From Candidatus Zhuqueibacterota bacterium (lineage in GTDB: Bacteria > Zhuqueibacterota > Zhuqueibacteria > Oleimicrobiales > Geothermoviventaceae), in contig JAPDPT010000003.1 in NCBI GenBank assembly GCA_034506315.1, positions 10,878 to 74,877 of the forward strand: a stretch of 64,000 bases of DNA, in the 5' to 3' direction. Numbering within the stretch: the stretch's first letter is position 1; each line of letters opens with the position of its first letter. A program made the translations under genes and the position numbers. Shown in pieces: positions 10,093 through 19,190 of the stretch. Under the pieces are notes generated by a model. It was not told the origin of the DNA and made no database searches. It saw only the letters and a program-made list of their open reading frames with translations.

Positions 10093-11076
10093 ATGGACGA
10101 TCTGAGTAGCCAGGAAGGGAAGAAGTTCCGCGTCCTCGTGGTCGACGACGTGCCGGTGAACGTCCAGCTCCTGCGAACCCACCTGGAAGCGGCGGGTTAC
10201 GAGGTCTTGGAGGCAGGCGACGGGTTGCAGGCTCTCGATGTGGTGCGGCGGGAAAGCCCGGACCTCGTCCTCCTGGACGTGATGATGCCCAATATGAACG
10301 GCTTCGAGGTCTGCGAGCAGATCAAGAGCGATCCAGCCACTCAGTTTATCCCCGTGGTAATGGTTACGGCCCTGAACGAGGCCACCGATCGGATTCGGGG
10401 TATTGAGGCCGGGGCAGACGACTTCATCTCCAAGCCGTTCAACAAACACGAGCTTCTGGCAAGGGTTCGCTCCCTCCTCCGGATGAAGAAACTCCACGAC
10501 GAGCTCGAAGAGAAACTGCGGGAGCTGGAAGAGGCGCGGGAGCGCCTTCAAGAACTGGCCGTGACGGACGGCCTCACCGGCCTCTACAACTACCGCTACT
10601 TCCGGGAGCGTCTCCAGAGCGAGGTGGACCGGGCCGAACGCTATCAGCTCGACCTATCCCTCGTGATGATAGACCTCGATTACTTCAAGCATTACAACGA
10701 TTGCAACGGGCATCCCGCCGGGGACGAAGTTCTGCGCACCCTTGGCGAGCTGTTGCGGGGCAACGTGCGCCGACCCGATGTGGCGGCCCGCTACGGGGGG
10801 GAGGAATTTGCCCTCATTCTGGTGGAGACCAGTGGCCCTAACGCGGTCGTCGTGGCGGAGAAACTGCGGCGCCTGGTGGAGGAATACCCGTTTCCCTTCC
10901 GGGAGCGCCAACCGGGTGCCCGACTCACCATCAGCGCCGGAGTCGCTGCCTATCCGGAGGACGGGACAACCGTCGAAACCCTGATCGCGGCAGCAGATGC
11001 GTACCTCTACCAGGCCAAGCAAAGGGGGAGGAACTGTGTGGTTTCGCGAGGGGCCGTACCGGAACAGATTGGTTGA
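10093..11076 (+). CDS. response regulator with GGDEF diguanylate cyclase output (PleD/WspR-like)
   Basis: REC domain (VLVVDDVPVN...LVLLDVMMPNMNGF), a coiled-coil linker, and a GGDEF domain with an intact GGEEF motif. An RxxD I-site (RRPD) sits 5 aa upstream. Confidence 0.85.
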   Translation: MDDLSSQEGKKFRVLVVDDVPVNVQLLRTHLEAAGYEVLEAGDGLQALDVVRRESPDLVLLDVMMPNMNGFEVCEQIKSDPATQFIPVVMVTALNEATDRIRGIEAGADDFISKPFNKHELLARVRSLLRMKKLHDELEEKLRELEEARERLQELAVTDGLTGLYNYRYFRERLQSEVDRAERYQLDLSLVMIDLDYFKHYNDCNGHPAGDEVLRTLGELLRGNVRRPDVAARYGGEEFALILVETSGPNAVVVAEKLRRLVEEYPFPFRERQPGARLTISAGVAAYPEDGTTVETLIAAADAYLYQAKQRGRNCVVSRGAVPEQIG

Positions 11077-11192
11077 GGCCGATTCCCGCCTGGGGCGCCT
11101 GGCTCCTGGAGAACGACGGGAGCTCAGGACGCGTGGGGAAAGATCAACGGAGCCTGGGGAGGCCAGCTCGTAACTCCGGAGGCGAGCCGAAC

Positions 11193-12674
11193 ATGAGGCA
11201 CGAGGTGGCCGGATCCTCCGTCTTCCGGAGGATTTTCGCCTGGGTCCTGCTGGGCGCCCTTGTCCCGCTCAGTCTTCTGGCTCTCTACGCCAGCAGGCGG
11301 GGGAATATGGCGGGATGGGAGCTATGGCCATTCTATCTGGGAGCCACGCTTACCGCTGCCGTCATTGCTTTCCTTGTCGCCCGGAGCCTGGTGGTGCCGC
11401 TGAAGGAACTGGAACGCGGAGCCCGGGAGATCGCCCGCGGGCAGTTCCAGCACCGAATCCCCGTGCGTTCCGACGACGAGTTTGGCAAGCTGGCGCGCCT
11501 CTTCAACTACATGACCACCGAGCTGCAGCGTCTGAACGACCTGAACATCAGCCGAATCATCACGGAGAGAAACAAGAACGAGGCCATGCTGCGCCACCTG
11601 GCCGATGGGGTGATTGTTACGGATCTGCACGGAAACATCATGGCCATCGGTGCCGAGCTGGAGCGCCGGCTGGGGGTGCGCGCGGAGGAGGTTCGCGGCA
11701 AGCCGCTGGCCGAGCTGTGGAACAACCGCCGGTTGCTGCGGCTGATCCAGAGGGTGGCGCGAGCTCCCAAGGTGCGAAGTCTCTCCACGGAGATCGTCGA
11801 TCGCTGTGGCCAGGAGTGGGGTCTACGGACGTTCGAGTGCAAGGCGGCCCCTGTCCTTACGGCTGAGAACGAGAAGATCGGAGTGGTGACGATTGTGCGC
11901 GATGTGACGCGCGAGCGCGAGGCCGATCGCCTCAAGACGGAGCTGGTGTCGATGGTGGCCCACGAGCTCCGCTCGCCCCTTACCTCCATCCGCGGGTTCT
12001 CGGAGCTGCTCCTCCATGCTGATGCGGACCGGGAACAGATCCAGCAGTACGCGGCTGTGATCCACGAAGAGACGGTGCGCCTGACCGAACTCGTGAACAA
12101 GTTCCTGGACATCTCCCGCCTGGAAAGCGGGCGGCTCGAGCCGCGCTGGGAGCCCGTCGACCTGGCCGAGGTGGTCACAACCGTCCTGGCCAATCACTCC
12201 ACTCTCGCCGAGGCAAAGGAGATCCAGGTCCACTGGGAGCACCGGGACAATCTGCCGCGGATCGAGGGGGATAAGCAAATGCTCACGCAGGTCGTATTGA
12301 ACCTGTACAGCAACGCCGTCAAATACAGCCCACCCGGTCGCCAGATCTGGCTGGATGTGCGGCGCCAGGGGCGGGAGATGGTCCTCACCGTGCAGGACGA
12401 AGGGGTGGGCATTCCCAAGAAGGACCTTCCCCACATCTTCCGTAAGTTTTACCGAGGCTCGAACGTAAGTTTGGCAGAAGATGGTTCACAGGGTTCAGGG
12501 CTGGGACTGGCGCTCGTGGCCCGGATCGTCGAGCTGCATCGCGGAAGAATCCTCGTCAGGAGCTCTGAGGGCAAGGGGACGATCTTCCGGATCTATTTCC
12601 CCCTCGAGAGAACGGGCGATGGGGAGGAGGTAGCTCCCTCCCTGAGCAGCTCGGAGAGCAGCAATGGCGGATAA
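11193..12674 (+). CDS. membrane sensor histidine kinase (2TM-HAMP-PAS-HisKA-HATPase)
   Basis: Two TM helices, a HAMP linker, the H-box HELRSPLTSIRGFSELL and G-boxes GSGLGLALV. Start chosen at an ATG with a GGAGG RBS rather than the longest ORF at 11073. Confidence 0.8.
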   Translation: MRHEVAGSSVFRRIFAWVLLGALVPLSLLALYASRRGNMAGWELWPFYLGATLTAAVIAFLVARSLVVPLKELERGAREIARGQFQHRIPVRSDDEFGKLARLFNYMTTELQRLNDLNISRIITERNKNEAMLRHLADGVIVTDLHGNIMAIGAELERRLGVRAEEVRGKPLAELWNNRRLLRLIQRVARAPKVRSLSTEIVDRCGQEWGLRTFECKAAPVLTAENEKIGVVTIVRDVTREREADRLKTELVSMVAHELRSPLTSIRGFSELLLHADADREQIQQYAAVIHEETVRLTELVNKFLDISRLESGRLEPRWEPVDLAEVVTTVLANHSTLAEAKEIQVHWEHRDNLPRIEGDKQMLTQVVLNLYSNAVKYSPPGRQIWLDVRRQGREMVLTVQDEGVGIPKKDLPHIFRKFYRGSNVSLAEDGSQGSGLGLALVARIVELHRGRILVRSSEGKGTIFRIYFPLERTGDGEEVAPSLSSSESSNGG

Positions 12675-13326
12675 GGGATATGTCCTCCTGGTGGACGACG
12701 ATGCCAACATGGCGTTGATCGCCCAACGGGTTTTCACACGCGCCGGCTTCCGCTTCGCCAGCGTGGAGACGGGGCAGGACGCCTTCGAGTTCCTGCGCCG
12801 AGAGCGGCCGGATCTGGTGATGCTCGACTACATGCTGCCGGACATGAATGGGGAGGAGTTCCTGCGCGAGTACCAAAAACTGGGCCCCGACCGGCCGCCC
12901 GTAGTGATGCTCACCTGCCGGGCGGACAAGAACGATCGAATCGAGGAATACTTCCAGCTCGGCCTTTCGGCTTTCCTGGTGAAGCCCTTTGGGAATCGCG
13001 AGCTGGTGGCCGTGGCGGAGAACCTAATACAGCGCGCCCGCCTGGAGCGCCGTGAGCGCGTGCAAGGGGCTGGCCCCGGCGGAGACCAGTCCCTACCTCG
13101 CGAGGTCGTGAAGGACCTGATCCTCACCGTCCAGTCCCTCGAGGCCCTCGCCTACAGCCTCCTGAGCGGCGGGGACGGGGAGCTGATGGAGCGGCAAAGG
13201 GTTACCGTAGGGGCCATCTACAATGGCTGTCGACGCCTGGAGAAGGCCCTTCGCGAGCTCGTCGAGAGAGCGGAACCCCATCTGCAGGCCACAACGCGCA
13301 CGGAGGACATGGAGCCCCGCAGATGA
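12664..13326 (+). CDS. CheY-like response regulator with uncharacterised C-terminal domain
   Basis: REC motifs VLLVDDDANMA and LVMLDYMLPDMNG with Lys (LVKPF). Overlaps the upstream kinase by 11 nt. Confidence 0.75.
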   Translation: MADKGYVLLVDDDANMALIAQRVFTRAGFRFASVETGQDAFEFLRRERPDLVMLDYMLPDMNGEEFLREYQKLGPDRPPVVMLTCRADKNDRIEEYFQLGLSAFLVKPFGNRELVAVAENLIQRARLERRERVQGAGPGGDQSLPREVVKDLILTVQSLEALAYSLLSGGDGELMERQRVTVGAIYNGCRRLEKALRELVERAEPHLQATTRTEDMEPRR

Positions 13327-14909
13327 GGTGGCTTCGGATCCTTGTGGTCGATCCCGCTCCCGAGCAAGCCCGGCGGACGAGGGAGATCCTTGAGCGCAAC
13401 TTTCCAGGCGCCCGCGTCGACTTCTGCCAAGAGACCCAGGAGGCCCTGAGACGCGCTAAAGAGCGCAGTTTTCACCTCATCCTCGCAGACCACAACCCAC
13501 CCCAGGTCGACGTCCTTCCCCTGTTGAGCCAATTGCGCGAAGGGAAGAGTCCCCCGTCGCTGATCGCCGTCTTCCGAGAGAGTCTGTCCGATGGGGTCTC
13601 CCAAGCCAGGGAGCTTGGCGCTTCGGAGTGCCTGGTGCGGGGCCCGGAGTTCGACGTGGTGTTGCCTCATGTGGTCCGACGCGTGCTGGAAGTCGCTTCC
13701 CTCGAAAAGCAGCTGGAAGATTGGCAGCATCGGTATGGGGAGCTCCTCCAGCACGTGAGCGACGCCGTGTTTTTCCTGGATCTCAAGGGGAGGCTGATCG
13801 CGTGGAACCGGCCCGGCCAGGAGCTCTTGGGGCTAAGCCCTGAGGATCTTGAGGGCCGCTCGTACGGAGATTTCCTTTCCGAGGCCAGCCGACAAGCCTT
13901 GCTTGGCCGGATCCGCGCGGCGCGGCGGCGGAGGTTTCGCCTGGAGCGCTTCGAAGCCGAGCTCCTGCGTCCCGGTGGGGGCTCGGTGCCGGTGGAGATC
14001 AACGCCTGGCCCATTCTGCGCAAGGGCCGGGTTGCAGGCTATCAGGCCTACGTCAAGGAAATTGGCGAGAAGAAGGCGGCGCTGGAGAGGGAGCGTGAAC
14101 TCCGCCGCCAGCTGCAGGCCACCGTCGAAGCTCTGGAGCGCAAGACGATCGAGCTGGAAGAAAGCCAGCGCCTGCAATCCCAGTTCATCAGCAACGTGAG
14201 CCACGAGTTCCGCACCCCCCTCAATGGGATAATGGGCTACGCCGAGCTCCTGCGCGACGGTTTCTACGGGGACGTCACCCAAGAGCAGCGTGAGGTGCTG
14301 CGGAACATCATTTCCTGCGGCCAACACCTGCTGGAGCTCGTGAACGAGATTCTGGATCTGGCCAAGATTCAATCGCACCAGCTGAAGCTTCTCCTGGAAC
14401 CTTGCACTCCCCGGGATGTCATCGAGCCGGTGGCCGGAACGATTCGGCCTCTGGTGCAGGAAAAGGGGCTTGAGCTGCGCATCGGTCCGTGCGAGGAGCG
14501 CCCGCTCATCCTCTGCGACCTGCAGCGCGTGTACCAGGTTCTCCTGAACCTTGCGGGTAACGCCGTGAAGTTCACCGAGCGCGGCTATGTGGAGTTGGGA
14601 GCCATCCCTCGCGACCATTACGTCGAGTTCTACGTGAAGGATACGGGAAGCGGTATTCCGAAGGACAAGCAGGAGGTCATCTTCCGCCAGTTCGTGCAGC
14701 TTGACGGCTCAATTTCGCGCAGGCAGGGTGGGCTGGGGATCGGATTGAGCCTTTCCAAGCAGCTCGTCGAGCTTCACGGTGGGGAGATCGGCGTCGAGAG
14801 CCAAGAAGGTGTGGGTAGCCGCTTCTACTTTACGATTCCGGTCTACGGCGAAGATCTGCCAGGGTCGGTGGACGGGGCGGGCGCCCTGCTTCAAGTCTCC
14901 GATCGGTAG
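13323..14909 (+). CDS. sensor histidine kinase with N-terminal degenerate receiver-like domain and PAS
   Basis: H-box SNVSHEFRTPLNGIMGYAELL and HATPase G-boxes (DTGSGIP, GLGIGLSL). The N-terminal REC-like fold has VVDPAP instead of the DD pair but keeps the LILAD Asp. ATGA start/stop overlap with the upstream gene. Confidence 0.8.
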   Translation: MRWLRILVVDPAPEQARRTREILERNFPGARVDFCQETQEALRRAKERSFHLILADHNPPQVDVLPLLSQLREGKSPPSLIAVFRESLSDGVSQARELGASECLVRGPEFDVVLPHVVRRVLEVASLEKQLEDWQHRYGELLQHVSDAVFFLDLKGRLIAWNRPGQELLGLSPEDLEGRSYGDFLSEASRQALLGRIRAARRRRFRLERFEAELLRPGGGSVPVEINAWPILRKGRVAGYQAYVKEIGEKKAALERERELRRQLQATVEALERKTIELEESQRLQSQFISNVSHEFRTPLNGIMGYAELLRDGFYGDVTQEQREVLRNIISCGQHLLELVNEILDLAKIQSHQLKLLLEPCTPRDVIEPVAGTIRPLVQEKGLELRIGPCEERPLILCDLQRVYQVLLNLAGNAVKFTERGYVELGAIPRDHYVEFYVKDTGSGIPKDKQEVIFRQFVQLDGSISRRQGGLGIGLSLSKQLVELHGGEIGVESQEGVGSRFYFTIPVYGEDLPGSVDGAGALLQVSDR

Positions 14910-14928
14910 CCCGGTGCGTGAGGGATAG

Positions 14929-16929
14929 ATGCCCGAGAATACTCAACAGCGGCAGATCTCGAGTCCCGAGAGGGTGTGGCCGGATAGCTTCCCCGGACCG
15001 GCGTCGGAGGCACTGGCGGCCGAGAGGCAGGCGGGTCGCGGGCTCGTCCTTGTGGTGGACGATGACCCGGATGTCCGGGAGATTCTCCGCAAGACCCTGG
15101 CCACGGCCGGCTATAAGGTGATGCAGGCGTCCGATGGCCAGAGCGCCCTGGACCAGATCGTTGCAGCCTCGCCCGAGGTGATCATCCTCGACGAAATGAT
15201 GCCCGGGATGAGCGGTACCGAGCTCCTCCATGAGCTGCAAGAGCGCGGCTTTCTGGACGAGGAGGGGGCGGTGGTGATCGTCCTGACGGCGCGGGATGAA
15301 GCGGTGGTCGACAAAGCCCGGTACCTGGAATTGGGCGTTGCGGCGGTCCTCCACAAGCCGTTCGGCCATCGGGAGATTCGCATCATCGTGGACAATCTGC
15401 TCACGATCCGCCGCATGTCGCAGGAGGTGGGCCGGCTACACGCCTGGGCGAGGAGCTCCGAGCGACGCTACCGCGCGTTGATCGAGAGCGCGACCGACTG
15501 GGTATTTACCCTGGACACCGCGGGGCTGCTGGTTTTCGTCAATGCCTCTTTCGAGAGGATCACAGGGTTTGGGCGGGAGGAGTGGATCGGCAGGCCCCTG
15601 GCGGATCTGATGATCGCTCCGGATCGCGGGACGTGTCGGCAGGCCGTGCGGCGCTGCCTAAGAGGCGAGGCGCAATTGTTCGAGGCTCGCCTTGGACGCG
15701 TGGACGGTCGGGTTGCGTACCTTTCCTTCCACCTGAGTCCTTTGCGTGAGGGGGAGGAGGTGATCGGGGTTGTAGGGGTGGCGCGCGACACAACGGATCG
15801 GCGACGCCTCGAGGATCAGGTGCGGGAACTCAGCGACTTCACGCAGACCATCCTGCACAGCCTGGGCTCGGGCCTGTTGACCCTTGACGAAGAGCGCCGC
15901 ATCACGTTTGCCAACGAGATGGCCGGGGAGATCCTGGGATGGCCGTCGGCGGAGTTGCTTGGTCGCTCGATCGACGATGTGTTCGCCTCGCTCGGTCAGC
16001 AGATGGTGCCCGGGGATCTGTTGCGCCACGGGGGATCCCTGGCCAGCCGAGAGGTCACGTACGTTCGCCCCGACGGGAAGCGCATCTACATCGGATACAC
16101 GATCACCTGCCGCAGGCAGGAAGGGGATCGGCGGGTAGCAGGTGTGCTGACGTTTCGGGACATCACCGACGTCAAAGAGATGCAGGCCCAGGTGTTGCGA
16201 ATGGATCGCCTGGCTTCCCTGGGCGTTCTCGCTTCCGGAATTGCCCACGAGATCCGCAACCCCCTGGCCGGCATCAAGATGATGGCGCAGTCCCTGGAGG
16301 AGGAAATCCCGCCGGACGATCCGAAAAGAGAACACCTCCGCCGCATCATCGGACAGGTGAATCGATTGGACGAGCTTATCCGGCAGTTTTTTTCCTACGC
16401 TCGTCCCCGCAAACCCGTCCGGCACCCCCACAGGCTGCCCGAGATTATCGCAGAGGTGCGCGCCCTCCTGGACAAACGGCTCCGCACCCGGGGCGTCGAG
16501 TTCCGTGAGGAATACGCCGACCCCCTTCCCGATGTCTACGTGGACTTCCACCAGATGCAGCAGGTTTTCATGAACCTCTTCTTGAACGCATTGGACGCGA
16601 TGCCTGAGGGGGGCCTTCTCATAGTCCGGGCCGAGGCGGTCCATACGGCTCTCCACGCGGTCGAGAGGCGGGGAAGAACCCGTCTCCGGCCCGTACGAGG
16701 GCTCTTTGTGCGGGTCGAAGTAGAAGATACGGGTAAGGGGATCCCCGAGGAGATTCTCGGCAGCATTTTCGACCCGTTCTTCACCACCAAATCTCAAGGC
16801 ACGGGACTCGGGCTTTCCATTGTCCATCGTATCATGGAGGAGCACGGGGGCGAGATCTCGGTGACCAGCGAGGTGGGCAAAGGGACGCGCTTCGTTCTGC
16901 TCATTCCGACTCAGGAGCTCGAGTCATGA
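14929..16929 (+). CDS. hybrid REC-PAS-PAS-HisKA-HATPase sensor kinase (NtrB-like H-box)
   Basis: N-terminal receiver (LVLVVDDDPDVRE...IILDEMMPGMSG), H-box GIAHEIRNPLAGI and G-box GTGLGLSIV. Confidence 0.85.
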   Translation: MPENTQQRQISSPERVWPDSFPGPASEALAAERQAGRGLVLVVDDDPDVREILRKTLATAGYKVMQASDGQSALDQIVAASPEVIILDEMMPGMSGTELLHELQERGFLDEEGAVVIVLTARDEAVVDKARYLELGVAAVLHKPFGHREIRIIVDNLLTIRRMSQEVGRLHAWARSSERRYRALIESATDWVFTLDTAGLLVFVNASFERITGFGREEWIGRPLADLMIAPDRGTCRQAVRRCLRGEAQLFEARLGRVDGRVAYLSFHLSPLREGEEVIGVVGVARDTTDRRRLEDQVRELSDFTQTILHSLGSGLLTLDEERRITFANEMAGEILGWPSAELLGRSIDDVFASLGQQMVPGDLLRHGGSLASREVTYVRPDGKRIYIGYTITCRRQEGDRRVAGVLTFRDITDVKEMQAQVLRMDRLASLGVLASGIAHEIRNPLAGIKMMAQSLEEEIPPDDPKREHLRRIIGQVNRLDELIRQFFSYARPRKPVRHPHRLPEIIAEVRALLDKRLRTRGVEFREEYADPLPDVYVDFHQMQQVFMNLFLNALDAMPEGGLLIVRAEAVHTALHAVERRGRTRLRPVRGLFVRVEVEDTGKGIPEEILGSIFDPFFTTKSQGTGLGLSIVHRIMEEHGGEISVTSEVGKGTRFVLLIPTQELES

Positions 16930-18287
16930 AGGGGACCATCCTCATCATTGAGGACGAGGAGGCGGTACGCTGGGCCCTGCGCGACACGCTGAAGAGGCGC
17001 GGCTACGCGGTGCGCACGGCCGAAACGGGCGAAGAGGGTCTCCGCCTGGCTCAGCAGGAAATCATGGACCTTGTGCTTCTGGATGTCCGGCTCCCGGGGA
17101 TGAGCGGCCTCGAGGTCTTGCAGCGACTCCGGGAGGAGGATCCGGACCTCCCGGTGATCATGATCACTGCCTACGAGGATGTGGATCCGGTGATCCGCGC
17201 CATGAAGCTCGGCGCGTACGACTACTTCATCAAGACCGTGGACCGGGACGTTCTTCTCCATGCCATCGAGCGCGCCCTGGAAACCAACCAACTCAAGCGC
17301 GAGGTGGCGCGCCTGAAGGCGGAGCGCCTCACCCGCGTGGAGACGGGTCTTTTGGGAGTGAGTAAGGCTATTCGCGAGGTCCGCCAGCTCATCCGCATGG
17401 TCGCGGCTACTCCTCGAACCTCGGTGCTCATTCAGGGCGAAAGCGGGACGGGCAAGGAGCTGGTGGCCGACGCGATCCACGCCCTCAGCGCACGCGCGGA
17501 CAAGCCCATGGTGAAGATCAATTGTGCCGCCATTCCCGAGAATTTGCTGGAGAGCGAGCTCTTCGGCCATGAGCGGGGTGCCTTCACAGATGCCAAGAAA
17601 GCCAAGAAGGGACTTTTCGAAATTGCCGATGGCGGCACCCTCTTCCTCGACGAAATCAGCACCATGAAGCTGTCGCTCCAGCCGAAACTCCTGCGCGTGC
17701 TGGAGACGAATGTCTTCCGGCGGGTGGGAGGTGTGACGGACGTCCGCGTGGATGTGCGCGTCATCGCCGCGACCAATCGCAATCTCTGGGATTGCGTCCG
17801 CGAGGGCCTCTTCCGGGAAGACCTGTACTATCGACTCAAGGTGATGGAGATTACCATTCCGCCGCTGCGGGAGCGGAAAGAGGACATACTGCCCTTGGCC
17901 AAGTTCTTTCTCGAAACGCTGAACCGGGAGTTCGGGAAGAGCATCGAGGGAATCTCGCACGCGGCCGAGGATCTTCTCCTGGCCTACCCGTGGCCTGGGA
18001 ATGTTCGTGAATTGCGCAACGTCATCGAGCGCGCTGCCATTCTTTGCAATAGCCGGCTGATTGAGCCCAAACACCTGCCCCTGGAACTGCGGCAGGGCGA
18101 GGCTGTGGTCCTGCCGCACAACAATGCTGGTTCCGAGGCCAACGACGATTCGCTGGAGGCTGCGGAGAAAAGACACATCCTCAAGGTACTGGAGAAGGCA
18201 GGCGGCAACAAGTCCAGGGCCGCCCGCATGTTGAACATCTCTCGGTCGACGCTGCGGGACAAGTTGCGCCAATACGGAATCCCGTAG
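16926..18287 (+). CDS. sigma-54-dependent response regulator, NtrC/AtoC family (REC-AAA+-Fis HTH)
   Basis: REC domain; Walker A GESGTGKELVADAIH; ESELFGHERGAFTDA containing the GAFTGA sigma-54 contact; C-terminal HTH (RAARMLNISRSTL). ATGA overlap with the upstream kinase. Confidence 0.9.
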   Translation: MKGTILIIEDEEAVRWALRDTLKRRGYAVRTAETGEEGLRLAQQEIMDLVLLDVRLPGMSGLEVLQRLREEDPDLPVIMITAYEDVDPVIRAMKLGAYDYFIKTVDRDVLLHAIERALETNQLKREVARLKAERLTRVETGLLGVSKAIREVRQLIRMVAATPRTSVLIQGESGTGKELVADAIHALSARADKPMVKINCAAIPENLLESELFGHERGAFTDAKKAKKGLFEIADGGTLFLDEISTMKLSLQPKLLRVLETNVFRRVGGVTDVRVDVRVIAATNRNLWDCVREGLFREDLYYRLKVMEITIPPLRERKEDILPLAKFFLETLNREFGKSIEGISHAAEDLLLAYPWPGNVRELRNVIERAAILCNSRLIEPKHLPLELRQGEAVVLPHNNAGSEANDDSLEAAEKRHILKVLEKAGGNKSRAARMLNISRSTLRDKLRQYGIP

Positions 18288-18399
18288 GAGCATCCGACCA
18301 CCCTGGCCTGAGCAGGCGATCTGTAAGTCCGGACGAGGCGAGGGTGCGGGGACGCGTGGGCGGGTGGCCATGCGTGCAGGGCGCACGTGGGAGGAACGG

Positions 18400-19137
18400 A
18401 TGATCCGCGAGCCGAGACGCTTCCGAAGTGTCATCGTTGACGACGAGTGGCTTGTACGGGCAGAGCTGGAACGGATGCTGCGCGCCTTCCCGGAGATTGA
18501 GGTGGTGGGCCAGGCAGAAAACGTCGCTCAGGCTGTTCAACTGGTACAGGAGAAGCGCCCCGATGTGATCTTCCTCGATATCCAGATGCCAGGGGAATCA
18601 GGCTTTGAACTCCTGGACAGGATCAATGTAGATTGCAAGGTGATCTTCGTGACGGCCTACGACCAGTATGCCCTCCGGGCCTTCGAGGTCAACGCTCTGG
18701 ACTATTTGCTCAAGCCCGTGACCACCGAGCGGTTAGCTAAGGCGATCCAGAGGCTTCACACGCGCACACCGGCTCCCGAGCCGCCGCGAACTGCTCTCGA
18801 CTACAACGACGTGATTTACGTGCTGGTCAGCGGCACGCCGCGCTTCGTCAAGGTCTCCCTCATCAAGTGCATCACGGCCGCAGGAAATTACTCCTACCTG
18901 CTGTACGGGGATCGACGGCCGGAGCTTGTTCCCAAGACCCTGAGCCAGTGGGAGGAGATCTTACCCAAATCGCATTTTGTCCGCATTCACCGGTCCGCGA
19001 TTGTGAATTTCGAGTACGTACGGGAGGTCAAGCGGGGGCGCAACTACAACTACCTGGTGTTCCTCCAGGGGGTGGAGAAGCCCCTCACCCTCAGCCGACG
19101 TTACGCAGCCCGCCTCAAGAAGACCCTCTTTTGGTAA
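18400..19137 (+). CDS. LytR/AlgR-family response regulator (REC + LytTR DNA-binding domain)
   Basis: REC (SVIVDDEWLVRAE...VIFLDIQMPGESGF) plus a C-terminal LytTR domain (FVRIHRSAIVNFEYV). Start set at ATG with a GGGAGG RBS; the longest ORF begins at 18364. Confidence 0.8.
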   Translation: MIREPRRFRSVIVDDEWLVRAELERMLRAFPEIEVVGQAENVAQAVQLVQEKRPDVIFLDIQMPGESGFELLDRINVDCKVIFVTAYDQYALRAFEVNALDYLLKPVTTERLAKAIQRLHTRTPAPEPPRTALDYNDVIYVLVSGTPRFVKVSLIKCITAAGNYSYLLYGDRRPELVPKTLSQWEEILPKSHFVRIHRSAIVNFEYVREVKRGRNYNYLVFLQGVEKPLTLSRRYAARLKKTLFW

Positions 19138-19190
19138 AAACCGGTCAACTCTCCGTTTTCGAGGCGAGCCTTCGGGCGGAGAAGTGGCGG

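Noticed and set aside
11073-11192. Extended start (11073) of the first histidine kinase overlapping the GGDEF gene
   Set aside because: The internal ATG at 11193 has a GGAGG RBS and is followed directly by the first TM helix. The 40-aa extension is non-hydrophobic and uncharacteristic, but cannot be fully excluded.
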